From: Azolla caroliniana
Taxonomy: Eukaryota > Plantae > Polypodiophyta
Direction: 5' to 3'
NCBI GenBank assembly: GCA_043228905.1
Contig: JBHGNT010000016.1
Location: 930,001-994,000, forward strand
Length of the DNA stretch: 64,000 nucleotides
The notes beneath the pieces were generated by a model, which did not search any database, was not told the DNA's origin, and saw nothing but the letters and a program-made list of their open reading frames with translations. The translations under genes were made by a program, and so were the position numbers. Below are positions 36,299 to 49,600 of the stretch, one piece after another. Numbering within the stretch: position 1 is the first letter of the stretch; each line of letters opens with the position of its first letter.

Positions 36299-38921
36299 TG
36301 CTGAGAGATGAAGCTCAACTTAGTTTAGTTAGTTAGTCAACCATGAAACTTCGTAGTTACCTAAATGGAATCTAGTTAGAATTGTTGACTATAACGCCAT
36401 AAATAAGACCTTGTAACTTGCAAATGAGGCCCGCAACTTGCAACTATTGCGGCAAAATCGGCCACCACGAAGAGGAGTGTCGGAAAAAGAAAAGTGAGTT
36501 GGCTTCCACAAGCCGACAACTCACAAACTACGCCAACAACTCCGAATACAACAACTACGGTGGTCTATTCGTAATGAGACATACAATGAACTCTATGATG
36601 GCCTCCGACCCCACAAGCACCTCCAACTCGGAAGACGTGTGGTTCGTCGATTCCGGCACCTCACATCACATGACATCCCACGAAGAGTTGTTCAGTGATT
36701 TGCGCACACCCGATCGACCCAACGTCATAGAGACGGGTGACGACACCACACATCCGATTCGGCACATCGGCAATGACGGCCAAAACAATTGCATCAAGAA
36801 TGTCTTGCACATGCCCACAATAACAAAGACTTTGGTCTCGGTCGGCCAAATCGTGGAGCAAGGCATGCAAGATCAGTTCAACAACGAAGGTTGTTTCATC
36901 GAGAAAGATGGTCGACTCATAGCCAAGGGACAGAGAAATGGCCGCATGTTCATCCTCAATTTGAACAAGGTGAAATTGGTCATGTATGCCAAAGGTCTCA
37001 AAACCGAGACAAGCATTGAGTTGTGGCACAAGAGAATCAGCCATATAAACCTCCAACGGCTCCGAGCTATGCAAACAAAGGGAGTCGCCATCAGACTTCC
37101 GACCTTCGAGTCGAAACGAGTCGACCAAGTGTGCGAAGCATGCCAACTCGGCAACGCCATCAACTCCCATTTCCGAAAGAAAGCTCCGCAAGCAAAGGCC
37201 TCCACGACATCATACACTCGAGTGTATGGGGACCAGCTCAAACACCAACGATCGATGGATGCCGATTCTACGTCACCTTCATTGACGACTACTCGCACTA
37301 TGCGTGGATCTTCCCGATGAAGAAGAAGAGTGAAGTTCTCTCCCACTTCCAAAAGCTCAAGGGCCAAGTCGAAAAAGAAACCGGTCGGCACATTCGATGC
37401 CTGCGATCGAACGAAGGCAAGAAGTACTTCTCCAATGAATTCACCTCCTACCTCCAAAGTGAAGGCATTCGGAGAGAATTCTCATGTCGACACACACCCC
37501 AACAAAATGGAGTCGCCAAAAGGAAAAATCAACAAATACTCGAGGTAGCACGCATCATGATGCATGAGAAGCACACACTGAACTTCTATTGGGCTGAAGG
37601 CATCCACGGCCGTCTATCTCATGAACCGGTGCACCACTAATGGAGTGCATGAGCTAACTCCATACGAGCTCCTCGTTGGATGGAAGCCAATTCTGTCGCA
37701 CCTCAAGGTGTTCCGAAGCATTGCAAATGTACGCATCCCGAACGAACAATGATAGACGCCCAATGCGAAGTCGGAAAAATGTATCCTCATAGGATACTCG
37801 TCCGAGAAGAAGGCATACAAGTGCTACAACCCTTCTATCCGAGCGGTTCGGGTAAGTCGAGACGTAGTCTTCGACAAGTCCACATCCTGGTACACACCAG
37901 AGACAACTTCAACTCCGACTCCGCTCGACCCGGAATCTGCCAAACAAGAGGTAGAAGATGGAGATCGCTTCGAACACATGTTTGAAGAAAGTCCGATTAC
38001 GGCAAAGCCTAGTGGACCACAAGAGCCCCCACGCGATCCAAGCACGTCGCACCCAAGTACGAACTTGGACAAAGGCAAAGGTAAGATGCCTGAATACGAA
38101 GTCAATCACCCCGACGACAGTGATTCGGATGTGTCGGCTCCCTCACTAAACAGTGAGTTCGGTGTACCCATCATGGGGACACCCGGAGCAAAGAAGGCAC
38201 TCACATCGGCGAGCAGAAAACTTCGACGCTCATCTAGAGCTAAGAACCCCGTCACTCAGCACGACTACAACGAGTATATGGCACATCACTATGCCTCGCG
38301 ATGAAGGGAGCGGCCGAACAAGAACCCAAGAGCTCCACCAAAGCGGCTCGTAACCCACGATGGATGGAAGTAGTCGACCTTCACCCACACACTACAAGCC
38401 TTCGTCACTGGCTTGAGGAGGAGGAACTGAGATTGCCACAAAGAAGAAAGCCGAAGGCTGTACAGAAGCACACGAAGCCAACGAAAGCCAAAGCGGATGT
38501 CGGACACCTCATACTTGAGCTTGAGGGGGCATGTTGAGAGATCAAGCTCAACTTAGTTTAGTTAGTTAGTCAACCATGTAACTTCGTAGTTACCTAGATA
38601 TAATCTAGTTAGAAGTGTTGACTCTAACGCCTTAAATAGGACCGTGTACTTTTAATATAAGACTCACACCCTTGTACTTATATTCTCCTCACACATGTGC
38701 ACCCTTGGACGTGAGATCTATATATACCTCATTGTGGGTATTTTTGTATTTGATGATTATAATGCTAATTTAATATAGAGTTAATTGTCCCCCATCTTGT
38801 GTTGTTCATAAGTGTATCTTCCTTTCTCTTCCTCTCACACACATATCACATAATCTTCCGATTAGCTTAATCACATAATTTGGTACTAATTAACCTGTAG
38901 TTAATCACCTAATTCTTAACA
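36299..38921 (+). mobile_element. Ty1/copia LTR retrotransposon with two large internal deletions
   Basis: Perfect 5-bp TSD CTCTT (36294-36298 and 38922-38926). The 5' LTR is truncated (36299-~36419) and fused to the gag zinc knuckle (CNYCGKIGHHEEEC). Also present: protease WFVDSGTSHHM, LWHKRISH, integrase FIDDYSHYAW / TPQQNGVA, PPT GAGGGGGCA and a full 3' LTR at 38532-38921. RT and RNase H are absent. Confidence 0.93.
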
Positions 38922-40852
38922 CTCTTTAATGAACAAATAGAGTACCGATAGAATTTTGATCAAGGGCGGCATGTTTTTTCATTGTCTTTTATTTTCATTG
39001 TGGTCGATGTCCTTGCTTGCACAAATGCTTGTGAATCTTCAATAGGATATATATTTATCTATCTATTTATTCGAAATCGCAATCCTGGCCATTTGCTCTC
39101 AAGTTAAAACTAGTCAATTTATCATGACTCAAAGAATTTCATCTATTGAAAGTTGTTTCTACCATGCACATCAAAATCCCTATATCAACTACTATGTCCA
39201 CTTAATTTAACCTTTGGAAATGAATTTTGACTTCATATGATACAAGTCCGACTCCGACTCATACAACTTGGGTCACTGGCAACATATTATCCACATTAAA
39301 TAGAATGAGGGGAGAATTATATGGTCTCAACCAAAGGATAGTATACTAACTATGGGCCTTCGAGAATCACTATTGTCAAGTATTCCCCAAGGTTATTGTA
39401 TGTTTACAAACTAGGGGCATTGGAAAAAGTTATTGCATTATTGGTATCTCTTGTTTATGGAGAGTGTGAGTTGCTCCAACATGTTTATTGTTTGTGAGTT
39501 TCATTATTCCGTTAATTAAAGGCACAACCCATATTCTTCATCCCCAAATGCAATGTGGTTGTATCAATTAATGTCACAACACTTCTAGAGTCCCCACTTC
39601 AAGTAATGATCCTTCCTTTTACAAGGGCATCATGTTCTGTATGTTAACATTCTATATCTAGTAAATCTACTGAAAAGAACATAGGAAAAAATAAAGTATC
39701 TACTTGTCCAAACCAATCATCACGTTGAGTTGGAAGTTGGGTCCCATTTCGCAGTTGGCATACACATTCCCACATGATGAAGTCTAATTTATTGTCAAGG
39801 CAAGTATATGCATAATGCCAACACACATGATTAATAATCACTGGATGGAAAAAATAGATTTCACTTACATGAGTGATAAGCTATCTGAAAGCTACAATAT
39901 GGATATAATCTGATCAAAGGTGGCAAGTGACCAAGTTCCTTAAGGATGACGATTACTCATCCTATGTCTTATTAGACAATCATATGTCTACAACTAGCAA
40001 TTTCTCTTGTTGATGAGATCAAGGGAAATATATGTGCGGACAAAGTTGTAATATTCACAAGGTTTTCTTTCATTTTCCCAAATGCCCATGTGCTTTTGTT
40101 ATTTACGAAATACCCTCGATCAACCGATTATATGTGATCAAGTCATCCCCACTTTTCTCAGTGTAGGTGGGCCATCTTTTTCCTCTCCGGTTCAATGGTT
40201 GACCCGGGCGACAATTTGGAAATGAAAGGAAGAACTCGGCATGATCATGGTGTCTGAGTGGTTCTCGGAGTTATAGGGTGGTGTAGCTTCAAATACGGCA
40301 GCGGGTGTTGTCTCCCAGGAGATAAGGAATACGACCAGACCAGCGAGCGAGAGAGCCGAGAGAGCCGAGAGAGGGCCCTTGTTCTGTTGGCCCATGGTGT
40401 GTACATGAAACCATTTATATCAGAAAATATTACATAATAAACCTCTTGAACTCATCCGGGGCCCTTCCCTCGAGAACAGAGCATGTAGAAGATGCTGCTG
40501 CTGCGATGAAGCTTCCTGCTCAACCTCTGGCTGGTTCCTTTCCTCTACTCAGAACTCATCCGCAACGCTTTTCATCTTTCCTGTAAGTCCGATCTTCCTT
40601 CCTGCCTTCCTGTTTCGAGCAACTGAAAGGCTCTGTCTCATATGCATAGCGCTTTGTCGACAACTAGTCCTTCCTTTTGTCATCAGGTGAAGAAGTTTTC
40701 TCATCAGAATCTGGCTCAAAACAAAAAAAAACATTTTATCATGCGGAGAGGAACTCGGCAAATTAAAAGCCTCCGAAAACAGAGGTGTAAATTAGGGGTT
40801 TTCTGATGTGTGGAAATTAGGCTTTTTGTTCCCAAACCATCTTCAGGTCGAG

Positions 40853-41674
40853 ATGAAGACGAACAAGAGCCGACGATGTCTTCATTCGGATTCATGTATA
40901 TGCAACCATGGTCATCTCACAGAAGAGGTCCTTTTATTAGTATTTGAATCACAGAATTGGAACCCTTTCCTCATCGCCGACATCGCCCCTGTATGTAGGT
41001 GGTTTTCAGAGCTCGTAAAGAAACACCTTTGGAAACTGTTTTGCTTCTCAAGGGGCCCGAAAATGGTATCAGAGCTCACCTCAGGATCCCGACCTGCTAT
41101 AGAAGGAGGTTGGGATGCTCTGGGAAGGCTTATGATCTATTGTGCTGGGGAATCTCAGGAAATCACTTCTCATGGAGTCTCTGCCCGGGAAATGTCGTCT
41201 AGGGAAGTCTCCACTAGGGGAACCTCTGTGAATCTTCGTGTGGGTCCCCACTTTGTCCGGACAACAAGGTTCTCAAAGACTTCTGGAAGGAGCTTTCTTG
41301 TACCTGAATGCAGATCTGACGTCTTGTATATAAGTGACCCTTGTGAACACCAAGGCAAGAGCAATAATAATAGCAGTGGTGGTGGTGATGAAGATGATAT
41401 AGGCTTCTTCAGGGGTGTATTCCGTGATTTTTTAAACTCGGCCACCAGAAAATTGCTGCTTGAATTGTGTGTCAAGCTTGAGGCGAAGGACATTTTTTGT
41501 CCCTATTGCTTTAATAGGGTTTGGAGTTTGTTACGTGCTAATATGATACCAAAGAGTGCCCATAGAAGGCTCGCTGCACACGGTGATGTCAAATATTTTG
41601 TATGCCTTAATGGCCATCTGTATGGTTCTTGCTCACTGATGCATCTTTCGGACTCGGATGTATCATCTGATTGA
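40853..41674 (+). CDS. EID1-like F-box protein
   Basis: C.C..GHLTEEVLLLVF F-box start, GGWDALGRL..YC.G, RFSKTSGRSFL...CRSDVLYISDPCEH, D.GFFRGVF, CPYC..RVWSL, YFVCLNGH..G.C.L..LSDS. Intronless CDS; the AG acceptor at ~40846 suggests a 5'UTR intron. Confidence 0.9.
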   Translation: MKTNKSRRCLHSDSCICNHGHLTEEVLLLVFESQNWNPFLIADIAPVCRWFSELVKKHLWKLFCFSRGPKMVSELTSGSRPAIEGGWDALGRLMIYCAGESQEITSHGVSAREMSSREVSTRGTSVNLRVGPHFVRTTRFSKTSGRSFLVPECRSDVLYISDPCEHQGKSNNNSSGGGDEDDIGFFRGVFRDFLNSATRKLLLELCVKLEAKDIFCPYCFNRVWSLLRANMIPKSAHRRLAAHGDVKYFVCLNGHLYGSCSLMHLSDSDVSSD

Positions 41675-43686
41675 GGATAATAGTTACTCTGTGCTGTGAT
41701 TTTTTTAGAGAGGGGGTATTGTTCTTAATGCATTTATGTCTCTTTCTTTGCTCTGTAACCATTTCAGAGAGATGAGCGACATTAGTTTCTATGCTTTAGC
41801 TATTTAATTTCTACATGGATCATTTTTGGCATAATGTTTGCCTAGATCCTATAGGAATTCAGATAGAAGTAGTGTGAAACCCTGTATTAATACCTAATCG
41901 ATGACTGATATAAGAGAATTTTAAATTCATACAAACAATGTTGCCTAGAGACAGATTATAAATAGTAAAGCATAGCCTTCCATGACTTTCTCATGTTGAA
42001 GGTCAATGTTTCAATTGTTAAATTTTTGCAATCATGATACTTCATCGATTCAACAATTAATTTCTTTGTCAACTTTTAACAATCAAGGTGGTGTACAGAT
42101 TCACTGGTTATGGAAGAATGAAATTAAACGCATACTTCTGTTGCTTCATCTATGCTACACCATAACATGATGGCACATCAATAGTGCAACTTGACCACCT
42201 TGTAGAACTATTTCAAAGTAGTTCATAATGTCTACTGAAATTTTGATTCGCATCTGAAGAGCAAGAAGCTGTTAGTTGAGCTATACATTAGTCGCTAACA
42301 AATAGGCTTCATTCAGCAGTACTTGCCTTTGATTCTTGTAGCCATTGCATTTACATCAATCGACAGAAGAGTTAAATTTTAATAGACTTAACCAAAATTT
42401 TAATAGACTTTATGACTACAAGATGTACAAAATTGATTGAGATCAAAGACATTGAGTTTCCAATATACGTATTAGATCTGATTGAAATTCACAAGGAAAA
42501 GTGTATTAAATGTGCCAGGTATATCTGAATGACCAAAGAAAATTTGCACATTGTCAACATCAAGATGAAGAAGCCCTTCCTAGCAACTTCACCAATTGCA
42601 GAATGTTGTGGTTAACATGAGACCTAATTACTGGTCTGGTTCTAACACTCTTCTTGGTCTCAGAATAGATCATGAAATAAATGAAGCAAAACCTAAACAA
42701 AATAAAACACTGCGTGTTCTTAGAAAAATGTTAGGCACCAATAAATATATCATGTAAAAGTTGACGTCAACCCCTCACTAAAATGCTAAACAAGGTGAAT
42801 TTATCCACAGTTATGTGACCATTATGGGAAAATTAGGTGAGATCCATTGGGAAATAACCTAGTAGTGTTTGCTAATGCCCAACCACAAAGAATCCAAATA
42901 TTTTTAAGCCACGGAAGATGGGTAACCACCTTGCAAGAAGTTGATCAGAACAAGTAGTCCAACACAAAAAAACTCGAAAGAGCATGCAGAGGTTACAGAA
43001 TATAGAAAACCCATTGGGGGTAATATCACAGCCTAAGAAATTTACTATCTGCCTACAGCTTATTGCATATAGAAGAGCTAGACGCATTTTCAGGCGTGAC
43101 AGACTTTCAAGGAAAGAACAAAAACCAAATGGTCTTTGACCCAAATCAATTGTTGGCTTCGTATGGGCAACTATGTACAAGTGAAAGGGTACTACTATCG
43201 AAGGGAGTATATTTGAGTTAGAGATCTGTTACTTGCAACTGGTTTCCAACAAAATATCTTTCAGATCTTCAATATCTGTGAGTTTCTTATTAAATTTCAT
43301 ATGCGTACAAAAAAATTGAATCTTCAATTAAGAAGATGAAATATCAATATGGTGACATTGCAGTGCATTGAGCATCCAAAATCTGTCCAAACATGGTTAT
43401 TGCAATTATATATTACCATGTAGATCAGCAGAGAAAAAAGGACATAGTATCTTCTGAGGTAGCCATTAGTTAAAAACTGAGTTTAGCGGCTTGAAACTCA
43501 TTCACCATTGCATTCTCATGTCGAGGAATGAACCCAATAAGTCTCATTGTTCCTGAAAGAGACCAATATAGAACATTAAAATACGTAACTTCGGAATAAA
43601 GATAACAACCCAATAGGAGCAATATATAAAACTGTAATTCTATACCAGACAGGTGTATAAGACCTCATTCAATATGCGCAAACCGT

Positions 43687-46600
43687 TCAAAACTCAGCAG
43701 AGCCTGGTGACCTTGGGAAAGGAATGACATCTCGAATGTTTTCGATGCCTGTTACAAATTGGACAAGCCTCTCAAAGCCCAAACCAAAGCCAGCATGCGG
43801 CACTGTCAAAAATAATGATCAAATATTGTTATGAATCCTTACAGATATTGGAATCATATCAATGGATGTGAACATTGCATTTAACAGGTGAAAATGATGA
43901 ACTTTTGGTTGCTACCAGACAACTGTACCTGTACCATATCGCCGCAGGTCAAGATACCACCAATAATTACTTTTCTCCAATCCTACCTCCTCAATACGCC
44001 TCTCAAGTACATCTAGCCGCTCTTCCCTTTGGCTTCCACCTATCAGCTCACCAACCTTTACCAGGGAGAGAGCTCAAATATTAAAAGATGTTTTTGTAAC
44101 ATCCTTCATATTTTCATGGTTTATATGATTCCATACCTTTGGAACAAGCACGTCCATTGCTGCAACAGTCTTTCCATCATCATTTATTCTCATATAGAAG
44201 GCCTTTATATCCTGCAGCATATTACTCATTGACAGGTATCACAATTTACCACAATTCCTTGTCTTTACATGCGCAGATGACAAGAGAGTACATAGAAGGA
44301 CCTCATCATCACTCAAAACAGATGAACTACCTTAGGGTAATCAGTAACTATAACAGGAGTTCCTTTAAAAAACTTCTCGGTAATATATCGCTCATGTTCA
44401 CTCTGTAAATCGCAACCCCACTTGACCTACACACAACTATAATCATCGATGAGAAATGGGATAGCAGGGTGGAACTGTTGGATATGCTAACCTCACAAAT
44501 TGATCTGGCATACTTGATACTCGAATTTCTCGTTGGATTTCAACAATATATCTACGGCATCTGTATAAGTTATGTGAACGAAATCCTTTTCGGCAACATC
44601 CTGCCAAAAGAAGTCAAAAATTAATACTGCTACAAACTACAGCATTAGTAAATAGGTCAGAAGAAATAGTTGCATCCCTACAATCCTAACAACAGGTCAC
44701 TGCAGGCAGAGTTTGAAGTTGTCTACCAAACCCCTTCTATAGTTTTAACTGTAGTTAGCTAGTTAGAATAGATGTTGCAACACATTGAGGTTCCAGAGAT
44801 ATTCTTTGGAAAATCATGGCTAAATGAGCAAGTAACATGGAGAATGAGCACTTCACACATGAAATTGCTGGCACCATAGTGCTGAAATAGAAATGCTCCC
44901 TCTCATTTCTATATAGATTAAGTGGAGTATATTACACAATCTAGAGGAACCATAGACACACTAGAGGTCGTATTGATATCCACAAGAAGAACACCAAACC
45001 CACCTTGTTTTTATCTAGAGTCACTTAAGGGTGTGTCATAATTCAGAGTGAGAAGAGAGCTTCCAACAGATCAACTAAAAGATATGTTGCTTTTGAAGCC
45101 TTCTGATACAAGTGAACCCAGATCTAATTCTAAAACTAGAGATGGACGCTTCACTTTTTTTATATGGTCCTTTTGGGTGTCTATGCAGAGCCAAAGTCAT
45201 AGGAGATGGATAACGATGAGCAGATGCAAGAGCTTGGATCTGAGAGATAAAAAGTCATAATTCAGCAACTACAATTGGCCTTTCTTGTGTCAAGAACTCT
45301 GCTCTATTCCTCTTTGGTTATTGCTATTCTTGCCTCCATATTGAATCCGCCCATCTGTTATTAAATAATGAACCTCGTTTTTTGTAAATAAAATCTCTTC
45401 CTTACCAATGACTGAAGCTCGTGCATACAACACTGTTGCCATAACATCAGTTCCTTCTCACATTAGTGCTGATCTACAGGAACCGAATCAATACCGACAC
45501 AGCTTTCCTTCCAACTTTTTCTGTTTCAAAAACGTCCAGAACACCATATACTCTAAAATAGCACCCCCAAAACCTTGAAAACTATCCCTTGGATACGAGG
45601 AAAAGAAGGATGTGAACTGAGTTCTATGAAGGATATATCACTTGCAATGATATCTCATAGGATGGGTAAAGCCTTGGTTCCACATAATACTAGATTAACT
45701 GAGGCTTTGTTTATACTAAAATATTTCATTAACCTTATGGTTCCATGTTAATTTCATGGGATTTGCCCAGAAGAGGTTGCCAACCTCAGAGCTCCACACT
45801 GACCACAGACAGGCGTGAATACCCAAGACCTCTGAGACTTATCGGTGAGATGTTATACTCAGTGACCAGCACTCGGTCAGAAAACGGGTCACAATCAGGA
45901 TATGTCTGTCCCGTCCTAGGGGGTAGAGAAAGGGGTTCTACGCCCAAGGGGGTTATCATTAAGGCATGCACACATTAACTAATTAATCATAACATGAGGG
46001 AGCTGTGTGTTCTCTTAGAAAGGATATGGGGAAGTTGGAACCCTCAAATCAGAAGTGAATCAAATCAATACTTGATCATACACAGAAACAAGTAAGCGAG
46101 AAGAATCAATGTGGAGACAACAGTGGGTGGTTGGTTAAAAAAATCAACCACTCTCCGCCTTTCCAAGCTTTACATAGATGTAGCCTGCCTTTAAAGGCAG
46201 GCTACATTGATTGCCTGCTCAAATGAAGCAATTTCTATCCTATTTCAGATCTCAAAAGAACCCATGGATGGGTCATACACTAATTGATCCTATATATGTG
46301 ATTCGTAAAAATCTCAACGGCTACATTTTTTTAATTACCAAAATGCTTCTCCTAATCATCGAAATTACCTCCCCAGCCAGACAGCCAAGATTCCATAGGC
46401 CACATTTTTCTCTACAGGAAAGTTAATATAGGACTAGCATAATAACGACAAAGGATGTACATAAACAACTAGCAATCACAATTACATACATTCAAACGAG
46501 CAATGATTCCCTTCTCAATCCATGTGTCGAAAAATTGCATGTCTTCTTTGCACTCATCCAATACATGTTGCACCTATACACAAGAAAACAGATTGTCAAA

Positions 46601-49600
46601 CTCATAAAGGCACTTAGCTAGCCAACTTTCTTTTGTTATTGTGCAAGTAAACCATGCTTTGGAAACAAGAAACTACCATTTTCATATGATAGAAAGACAA
46701 CATTGTATCAAAGAAGAGCATAATTTTCACAGCCAGTTTCTTTCTGTTTGGCAGGGATCTTCATACACTAAGCATCAATACTTCTCAAGAGGAAAATACT
46801 CCCATTGTCTAGAACAATTGTGATACAGATATTAATTGCGCGATCTCTGCTATAAACCTCCTATTATTCCGCATCTTACAATCTCGAGATTCATTTGGAT
46901 GGGACAAGAGTAACAGTAACCATTGATTAGCATGATGAATGATATTCATACAGCTATATGGTTTGGCATCACTAGATGCAAAAAGGAACATCTTAATCTT
47001 GTTATCGATCAGTACACCAGCGGAGTTCAAGTTATTCAGGGTTTGGCATTATTCATGACATGATTCATGAATAGTGCCAAAAAATGCTGCTTCCTAATGC
47101 TGAATATGGTACAGAACCACTTCTACCTGTTTATCAAGAGTAGGAAATGGCATCTTCATGCAGCCCCTCTTTAAAATATCAAACCTCAAAAACAATATTC
47201 GAACTCAGATAGAGAGATGAATAAGATGCTAGAGGACTTCGCTCATAAAGGTCCTACGCAAAAATCTGTGGACTTTCTTTTTTTATCATTGTATCCATCT
47301 AAAATTTGTATCTTCTCAAATCTGTGGACACGTGTACGGTGTAGGATTTAGGAATTCAGGACTTCGGAGATGGGATTTTCCAAGAAATGCGAAAGAGATG
47401 GAATTCAAGCAGTACAAGTGATATAGGATGGAGTCATGGATAGATGTTTAGATTTTCATTAGATTTCATGTATGATCTAATGACCAATACTGCTGCAAAA
47501 GTTATTTTGCCTTGGAAGCAGAATTAATGCCCATATTTGAGCCTGATGGATATGTGCTATGCCCATCATCTATAATTTCTTTGATGTAGTATTTACACAC
47601 AATTTAACCAGAAAAAGTCAGTCATAAATAATAGAGGAAACATGTGTGGGATAACTCAGATCACATCAATCATTTCATTATTTTCTAGAACATGCAAAAT
47701 TGTCATGGAAACAGAAAGAGAATATCAATAACCTAGATGATGATGAGTAAGGAACCTACAACATTCTTCAAGTAAGTAGATGCACAAGCCATATCATCTT
47801 TCAAGTCAGCAAAAGCAAGTTCTGGCTCAATCATCTGCAAAAGAATGTAAATTTTATATGCTTATGAACCAGTGGAGACATGGTGCATTATTGAAAGATT
47901 CAGTCTTCACCCAGAATTCTGCAAGATGGCGTGATGTATTAGAGTTTTCCGCGCGAAATGTTGGGCCAAAGGTATAAACCTTACATAGAGCAAGTGCAAA
48001 AAGTATTCAGATTCACCATAACGATAAGAAGCTGTAAAGGATGATGTTGACTCAAATTTCATATTTTCACACATCAGAAAGTGCTGTTGCATAAATCTCT
48101 GCATTAAGTTGGCCTGAAACTGTCAAAAATGCTGGCTTTCCAAAAAAATCCTGTAAATAAAAACTACCACGTCATTAATACACTGCAATAGAAAATATAA
48201 TAATGGTTATAACAGGTGCTTCTGACAGATCATTTATAAGTCCATTAATAGTGATTTTGTGTTGTGCACAAACACTTCAGATTCTCACTTTTCAAGACAC
48301 AAAATAGAAGTAGGTTCTCCACCATGGATGTCATCCTTACCTTTGACCAGTCAAGGATCCCATCTTTTGTGCTTGGTATCTGTCGAATAGGCGTTGTTGT
48401 ATCCTTTGCAGAGCTTGGAACCTGCCCAAATAGTTAAGTGTAAGCAGAACTTATAAGTAATCAAATTTCCTCTGCAATCATCCTACTTGAGACTCACAAG
48501 TGTGGTTACACAAAACTGTTCACCAGCACCCTCACAGTCAGAAGCAGTAATAATAGGGCTAGCCACCCAAATAAACCCTTTCTCTTGAAAGAATTTGTGG
48601 GTTGCAAATGCCAAAGCATTACGGACCCGTGAAACCTGGAATCCATGGAAATGTGATTATAATATGTTTTGCTCAAAACAATAGAGAGTTTCGTTTTCTC
48701 TAACACATCATGAAAAATAAGTTCACAAATACTGGAGAGAGAGTACTCACAGCACCAAATGTATTTGTCCGCGGCCGCATATGGGCTATTGTGCGTAAAT
48801 ACTCTCGACTAAGCTTTTTTTTCTGCACAGGGTAAGTGGTTGCATCACTGCTGCCAATCTACACATAAAATAACAGATTAAATTAGCCATTGAATTAGGT
48901 AACTAAAGCTCATTGACCAAAACGTTATAGTTTTACCAATTGCAGTTTCGATGCCTTGAGCTCCACTTTTTGCTTTGAACCTTGGCTTTCGATCAATAGC
49001 CCCTCTACAGCGACAGATGCCCCGGTAGAAACTGACTCTATCTAATGAAACATAAATAATCATGAGTATATAGCATTCATTACATTCATATCATCTAATA
49101 CCAAAATATTTGTAAGCTCCAGGATTCTCATGAGACTACCATGTCATACCCTTCTGCATCTGAGGTTATAATACATTGCAGGTTTGACAGGCAGGAACCA
49201 TCGTTGACCTGTAAAAAGCAACATGTTTTTATACGTTCTTAGCATTTTTGCATTTGTTGATTCTAAATTTAAACTTTGGTTTTACAGTTTGTTTTGATAT
49301 AGAGGAAGAGTAGTCACAGGGGGTGGAAATTTTTCAGCTTTGCATATCCTATTCCATTACCTTCTGCCATTTCTTTCTTTCTCTAAACCGGGAGGCGGGA
49401 GGGGAGAGGGGAGGGAGCAAAAAGCATTAATAAATCTTTATTTCTCTCTTGAAAGCATGTTCAATATGCATAAGGATGGATTTCAGTAGCACGGCAGAGG
49501 GAAAGCAAAGGACTTTACGCAATATATTGAAGAGAAAAAAACTGTTTTCCAATTCAATATGCATGATAAAAGCAAATGCCTTTACTTAGCAAGCATGATA

